Shown here one piece after another: positions 59,533 to 64,000 of a stretch of 64,000 nucleotides of DNA. Origin of the DNA: Candidatus Marinacidobacterium sp. GTDB taxonomy: Bacteria > Acidobacteriota > Vicinamibacteria > Marinacidobacterales > Marinacidobacteraceae. The notes under the pieces are model-generated. The model saw nothing but the letters and a program-made list of their open reading frames with translations, had not been told where the DNA came from and did no database searches. The stretch spans positions 1,472,001-1,536,000 of the forward strand of contig OZ244852.1 in the NCBI GenBank assembly GCA_965220965.1, given 5' to 3'. The position numbers and the translations under genes are program-made. Each line of letters opens with the position of its first letter. Position 1 is the first letter of the stretch.

Positions 59533-60573
59533 TCAGCCGAGGAGCTGCTCTCCGATGCGGCGGTAGAGATCCACGGCCTCCACGAGCTGCGACTTCAGGA
59601 TCCACTCGTCGGCGGTGTGGGCCTGGTGGATGCTCCCGGGGCCGATGAGCAGGGGGGCGCCCCACGAAGGCATGAACGGGATGTCCGTGCTGTAGGACAT
59701 CGGCGCCACCCGGAAGCCGGGAAGCGTCCGGCAGAAGACGGCGTCGTTCTGGCCGACGAACTCCCACGACAGCTTCGGATCCTCGGCGACCATGCGATCC
59801 AGTCGCTCGCGGGCGGTCCCGGCGTCGCCGACGAGCCGCCAGTAGAGCGTCGCCTCGGCGGAGGGCGCGAGCACGTTCCCGGCGACGCCGCCGGAGATCT
59901 GCCCCACGTTGAGCGTCGCCGGGCCGAGGACGTCGCTTTGCCCCCAGTCGAGCCCCTGGCAGCGGGCGATGAAGGCGAGCAGGCGGTGGATCGCCGAGTC
60001 GCCGACGTCGGGGTAGGCCGAATGGGCCGCCACGCCCTCGGCGCGGAGCCGGACCCGCAGCGTCCCCTTGTGCCCGCTGGCCATGAGGTTCTCGGTCGGC
60101 TCGCCGCAGACCAGGAAGCCCTCCGCCGTGGGATCACCGCCGAAGCGGGCCGGACCGCGCTCCTCGAGCGCCTTCGCGCCGGCGCTGTCCACCTCCTCGC
60201 CGATGGTGAAGGCGAGCCCGAACCCGGAGGCCCCGGCCTCCCGGAGCCGCCTGGCGGCGAACACGATGGCCGCGAGGATCCCCTTGGCGTCGCAGGCGCC
60301 GCGCCCCGAGATCCGGTCGGCGGTTTCCGAAGAGGGGAAGAACGGGGGAACGGTGTCGATGTGGGTGCAGTACCAGAGCCGGACCGGGTCGGACCCGGCG
60401 CGGGCGATCAGATTGGGGCGGCCGGGCGCCGCCTCGTCGAGCTCCACATCGAACCCGAGCGCCTCGACGTCGGAGGCGATCTTCGCCGCCGCCGCCGCCT
60501 CGTCGCCGGTGACCGAGGGGATGTCCACCAGCTCCCGGACGTAGCGGAACAGCGCCTCGGGGGTCTGGTCCAC
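59533..60573 (-). CDS. M20 metallopeptidase/deacylase
   Basis: THIDTVPP, GRGACDAKG, GEEVDS, GEPT, AAHS and AHTADE. Confidence 0.88.
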   Translation of the reverse strand: MDQTPEALFRYVRELVDIPSVTGDEAAAAAKIASDVEALGFDVELDEAAPGRPNLIARAGSDPVRLWYCTHIDTVPPFFPSSETADRISGRGACDAKGILAAIVFAARRLREAGASGFGLAFTIGEEVDSAGAKALEERGPARFGGDPTAEGFLVCGEPTENLMASGHKGTLRVRLRAEGVAAHSAYPDVGDSAIHRLLAFIARCQGLDWGQSDVLGPATLNVGQISGGVAGNVLAPSAEATLYWRLVGDAGTARERLDRMVAEDPKLSWEFVGQNDAVFCRTLPGFRVAPMSYSTDIPFMPSWGAPLLIGPGSIHQAHTADEWILKSQLVEAVDLYRRIGEQLLG

Positions 60574-60593
60574 GGTCCCTCCCGGATGGCCCG

Positions 60594-61841
60594 TCAGGCC
60601 GCCTCCGGATGCCGGAACAGCAGCGCCGCGTTCGTCCCGCCGAACCCGAACGAGTTCGAGAGGACGGACCGGACCTGCATCTTCCGGGCGTGGTTCGGGA
60701 CCACGTCGAGGTCGCAGTCCGGGTCGGGCGTCTCGTAGTTGATCGTCGGCGGGACGGTCTGGTGGCGCACGGTGAGGCAGGCGATCGCCGCCTCGAGCCC
60801 CCCGGCGCCCCCGAGGAGGTGCCCGGTCATGGATTTCGTGGAGGAGACGGCGAGGCGGTCAGCGTGTTCCCCGAACACCTTGCGGATCGCGCCGGTCTCG
60901 ATGCGGTCGTTCAGCGGGGTCGAGGTGCCGTGCGCGTTGACCGCGTCGACATCCTCCGGCGAGGCCTTCGCCTCGGCGAGCGCCGCCCGCATGACCCGCA
61001 CCGCCCCTTCGCCCTCGGGGGAGGGCGCGGTGATGTGGAAGGCGTCCCCGGTCATGCCGTAGCCGATGACTTCGGCGTAGACCTCGGCCCCCCGGGCGAG
61101 CGCCGCCTCGCGTTCCTCGAGAACGAGGATCCCGGCGCCCTCGCCCACCACGAAGCCGTCCCGGTCCCCGTCGAACGGGCGCGAGGCGCGCTCCGGCTCG
61201 TCGTTGCGGGTGGACAGCGCCCGCAGCGAGGCGAACCCGCCGATGCACATCGGGGTGATCGTGGCCTCCGCCCCGCCGGCGATCATCGTCCGGGCGTAGC
61301 CGTGGCGGATCAGCCGGTAGGCGTCGCCGATGGCGTGCGCGCCGGCCGAGCAGGCGGTCGCCGGCGCCGAGTTGGGACCCCGGGCGCCGAGGCGGATGGA
61401 CACCTGGCCGGCGGCGAGGTTCACGACCATCGCCGGCACGAAGAACGGCGAGATGCGGCGGGGTCCCATCTCGAGCAGGCGGCGGTGCTCCCGCTCGATC
61501 GTGGCGAACCCCCCGATGCCCGAGGCGATGATCACCCCGGTCTCGTCCGGGTCGGCGACCGGAACCTCGAGACCGGCGTCCTCCACCGCGAAGAGCGAGG
61601 CGGCCACCGCGTAGTGGATGAAGGGGTCCATCTTCCGCGACTCGCGGCGGTCGATGTACTCGAGGGCGTCGAACCCCTTGACTTCGCAGCCGATCCGCGC
61701 CGAGAACCCGGTCGTGTCGAACCGGGTGATCGGCCCCGCCCCCGACCGGCCGGCCAGCAGGCCCTCCCAGGTGGCGTCGGTCCCGACGCCCAGCGGAGAC
61801 ACCACGCCCACGCCGGTCACGACGACGCGCCGCAGGCTCAT
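60594..61841 (-). CDS. fabF: 3-oxoacyl-ACP synthase II
   Basis: RRVVVTG, ATACSAG, NAHGTST, TGHLLG and NSFGFGGTN. Confidence 0.97.
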   Translation of the reverse strand: MSLRRVVVTGVGVVSPLGVGTDATWEGLLAGRSGAGPITRFDTTGFSARIGCEVKGFDALEYIDRRESRKMDPFIHYAVAASLFAVEDAGLEVPVADPDETGVIIASGIGGFATIEREHRRLLEMGPRRISPFFVPAMVVNLAAGQVSIRLGARGPNSAPATACSAGAHAIGDAYRLIRHGYARTMIAGGAEATITPMCIGGFASLRALSTRNDEPERASRPFDGDRDGFVVGEGAGILVLEEREAALARGAEVYAEVIGYGMTGDAFHITAPSPEGEGAVRVMRAALAEAKASPEDVDAVNAHGTSTPLNDRIETGAIRKVFGEHADRLAVSSTKSMTGHLLGGAGGLEAAIACLTVRHQTVPPTINYETPDPDCDLDVVPNHARKMQVRSVLSNSFGFGGTNAALLFRHPEAA

Positions 61842-61889
61842 CGCTCGCGCCTCAGGCGACTCGCGGGCGGCCGGGGACCTGCCTGGTCC

Positions 61890-62168
61890 TCAGTCCTTGA
61901 TGCGCGCGCGGATGAACTCGACCGCATCGCCGACGGTCTGGATGCTCCCCTCGTCTTCGGTGCTGATCTCGATCCCGAAGGTCTCCTCGAGCGCCATGTT
62001 CATCTCCTGGATGTCGAGCGAATCGGCGTTCAGGTCGTCCACGAAGCTGGCCTCGGGCGTCACCTCGTCGGGCGTCACGGAGAGGTTCTCGCAGATGATC
62101 TCGCGGATCCGCTCATCGAGCGGGATCTCCTCTTCAGGGACCTCGGCGGGATTCTGCTTGTCCGTCAT
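61890..62168 (-). CDS. acpP: Acyl carrier protein
   Basis: DDLNADSLD phosphopantetheine site; acidic; GGAGG RBS. Confidence 0.93.
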   Translation of the reverse strand: MTDKQNPAEVPEEEIPLDERIREIICENLSVTPDEVTPEASFVDDLNADSLDIQEMNMALEETFGIEISTEDEGSIQTVGDAVEFIRARIKD

Positions 62169-62219
62169 CGTGGGTTCATCCTCCTGGGAGTGTGGGCGGG
62201 GGCGTCGCCCCCACGGGAA

Positions 62220-62954
62220 TCAGAGCGCGAGGCCTCCGGTCACTTCGAGGACCGCGCCGGTGATGTAGCTGGCCTCCGGAGAGGCGAGGAAGGAAACGGC
62301 GGCCGCCACTTCTTCGGGGGAGCCGGCGCGCGCCATCGGGATCGCGAAGTGCTCCTTCGCGGCGTCGCCCAGATGGCGGGTCATGTCGGTCTCCACGAGT
62401 CCGGGCGCGACCGCGTTCACCGTGACGTTCCGGCGGGCGACTTCCTTGGCGAGCGACTTGGTGAACCCGACGATCCCCGCCTTGGACGCCGCGTAGGCGG
62501 TCTGGCCGGCGTTGCCGTAGATCCCGACGACCGAACTCAGGTTCACGATGCGGCCGTAGCGGGCCTTCAGCATCGGGCGGATCGCCGCGTGGCAGCAGGC
62601 GTAGACGCCGTCGAGGTTCGTCCCGAGGACCTCGCGCCACTGCTCGCGCGACTGCGCCATCAGGAGGCGGTCGCGGGCGATGCCGGCGTTGTTCACGAGG
62701 ATGTGGAGCGGCCCCTCGGCGTGGATCTCCGCGAAGGTCGCCTTCACCGAGTCCGGGTCGGCGATGTCGAGGCCGATCCCACGCACCCGGCCGCGCCCGC
62801 CGTCGAGCTCCCCGGCGGCCGCTTCCGCCCGCGCCGCATCGGTCCCGGTGAGCCAGACCCGCGCCCCGTCGTCGGCGAGCCGGGCGGCGATCGCGCGACC
62901 GATCCCACGCGTTCCGCCGGTCACCAGCGCGCGCTGTTCCTCGAAGCGCTTCAC
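62220..62954 (-). CDS. fabG: 3-oxoacyl-ACP reductase
   Basis: TGGTRGIG, NNAGI, GNAGQTAYAASK; GTGA overlap with fabD. Confidence 0.93.
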   Translation of the reverse strand: MKRFEEQRALVTGGTRGIGRAIAARLADDGARVWLTGTDAARAEAAAGELDGGRGRVRGIGLDIADPDSVKATFAEIHAEGPLHILVNNAGIARDRLLMAQSREQWREVLGTNLDGVYACCHAAIRPMLKARYGRIVNLSSVVGIYGNAGQTAYAASKAGIVGFTKSLAKEVARRNVTVNAVAPGLVETDMTRHLGDAAKEHFAIPMARAGSPEEVAAAVSFLASPEASYITGAVLEVTGGLAL

Positions 62955-63898
62955 GCCGCGACCCCCTCGAGGGCGCCCAGACACCGCTCGACCCCGTCCG
63001 GGTCGGAAACGGCGAAGGTCTGACAGCCTCGGACGATCCGCCGGGCCAGACCGCTCAGCACGCGGCCCTCGCCGACCTCGACGAAGACCCCGGCGCCGGC
63101 GGCGCCCATCCCGGTCACCGTCTCCTCCCAGCGCACCGGGGACGCCACCTGGCGGCGGAGCCCGTCGCGGGCCTCGGCGCCGGTGGTGATCGGGGCGGCG
63201 TCCACGTTGGTCCAAAGCGGCGCGGCGGGGTCAGCGAAAGCCGTGGCCTCCAGTTCGGGCGCCAGACGGCGGGCGGCTGGCTCCATGAGGCTGGTGTGGA
63301 ACGGCGCGCTGACCGGAAGCGGCACGACGCGCCGGGCCCCGGCGGCCTGAAAGCGGGCCGAGGCTTCCCCGACCGCCCCCGCGGCCCCGCCGATCACGAT
63401 CTGCCCGGCGCCGTTGAAGTTCGCCGGCTCGACGACCCCGAGTCCCTCGGCGCGAACCTCGGCGCAGACCGAGTCCACCGTCGGCGCGGGAAGGCCGAGC
63501 ACCGCGGCCATCGCCCCCTCCCCCTCGGGAACGGCCTCCTGCATGAACTCCCCGCGCCGGCGGGTCAGGCGGACGGCGTCCGCGAAGTCGAGGCTCCCGA
63601 GGGCGACGAGCGCCGAGTACTCGCCGAGGCTGTGCCCGGCGGCGAGATCGCAGGTTGCACCGCGGGCCGCGAGCACCCGGAAGGCCGCCACGCTCACGGT
63701 GAGGAGCGCCGGCTGGGTGTTCCGGGTGCGCCGCAGATCGTCTTCCGGGCCGTTGAAGCAAAGCCCGGACAGGGACTCCCCGAGCGCGTCGTCGGCTTCC
63801 TCGAACGCCGCGCGGGCTTCGGGGAAGGTCTCGGCGAGAGCCTTCCCCATGCCGACCCGCTGCGAGCCCTGGCCGGGGAACAGGAAAGCGGCGCTCAC
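62951..63898 (-). CDS. fabD: Malonyl-CoA:ACP transacylase
   Basis: FPGQGSQ, TQPA, GHSLGEY and VSAPFH. Confidence 0.96.
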   Translation of the reverse strand: MSAAFLFPGQGSQRVGMGKALAETFPEARAAFEEADDALGESLSGLCFNGPEDDLRRTRNTQPALLTVSVAAFRVLAARGATCDLAAGHSLGEYSALVALGSLDFADAVRLTRRRGEFMQEAVPEGEGAMAAVLGLPAPTVDSVCAEVRAEGLGVVEPANFNGAGQIVIGGAAGAVGEASARFQAAGARRVVPLPVSAPFHTSLMEPAARRLAPELEATAFADPAAPLWTNVDAAPITTGAEARDGLRRQVASPVRWEETVTGMGAAGAGVFVEVGEGRVLSGLARRIVRGCQTFAVSDPDGVERCLGALEGVAA

Positions 63899-64000
63899 GC
63901 CAGTTCCTTCACCTCGAGGACCTTCTTGCCCTTGTAGGAGCCGCAGTGGGGGCACACCACGTGGGGGCGGATGCGCCGCTGGCAGGCGGTGCAGACCGAG
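63895..64000 (-). CDS. rpmF: 50S ribosomal protein L32, 3' part (truncated by the window edge)
   Basis: Manual translation SVCTACQRRIRPHVVCPHCGSYKGKKVLEVKELA*; too short for the ORF track. Confidence 0.92.
   Translation of the reverse strand, partial: SVCTACQRRIRPHVVCPHCGSYKGKKVLEVKELA

Overview
GC-rich (about 70% by eye) bacterial chromosomal segment. Gene order and content resemble Acidobacteriota, but this is an inference. Most of the window is housekeeping: murB-murA, addB-addA, katG, efp-epmA, bshA, and a long minus-strand run rpmF-fabD-fabG-acpP-fabF-M20 peptidase-mutY-leuS-lptE-holA-mgtE-recO-glyQ-glyS-mutL. There are also many peptidases and transporters. Two accessory, defence-like spots stand out. 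(i) At 4.9-8.5 kb, a DUF4143 AAA ATPase-nuclease preceded by 22-23 bp tandem repeats converges on a RloA/AbiEii-type ABC ATPase whose usual partner is replaced by a lower-GC unknown ORF. (ii) At 30.6-32.1 kb, a stand-alone PD-(D/E)XK nuclease carries two tandem SeqA-like domains and has no methylase nearby. Other oddities: epmA and mutY lack any canonical start codon; a proline-rich putative leader ORF overlaps mgtE; several genes look leaderless; there are two candidate structured RNAs; MurA has the Cys-to-Asp substitution; plsX and fabH are missing from the fab cluster. I found no CRISPR array, tRNA, rRNA, transposase or integrase. All assignments come from motif recognition by eye, and no database searches were run.
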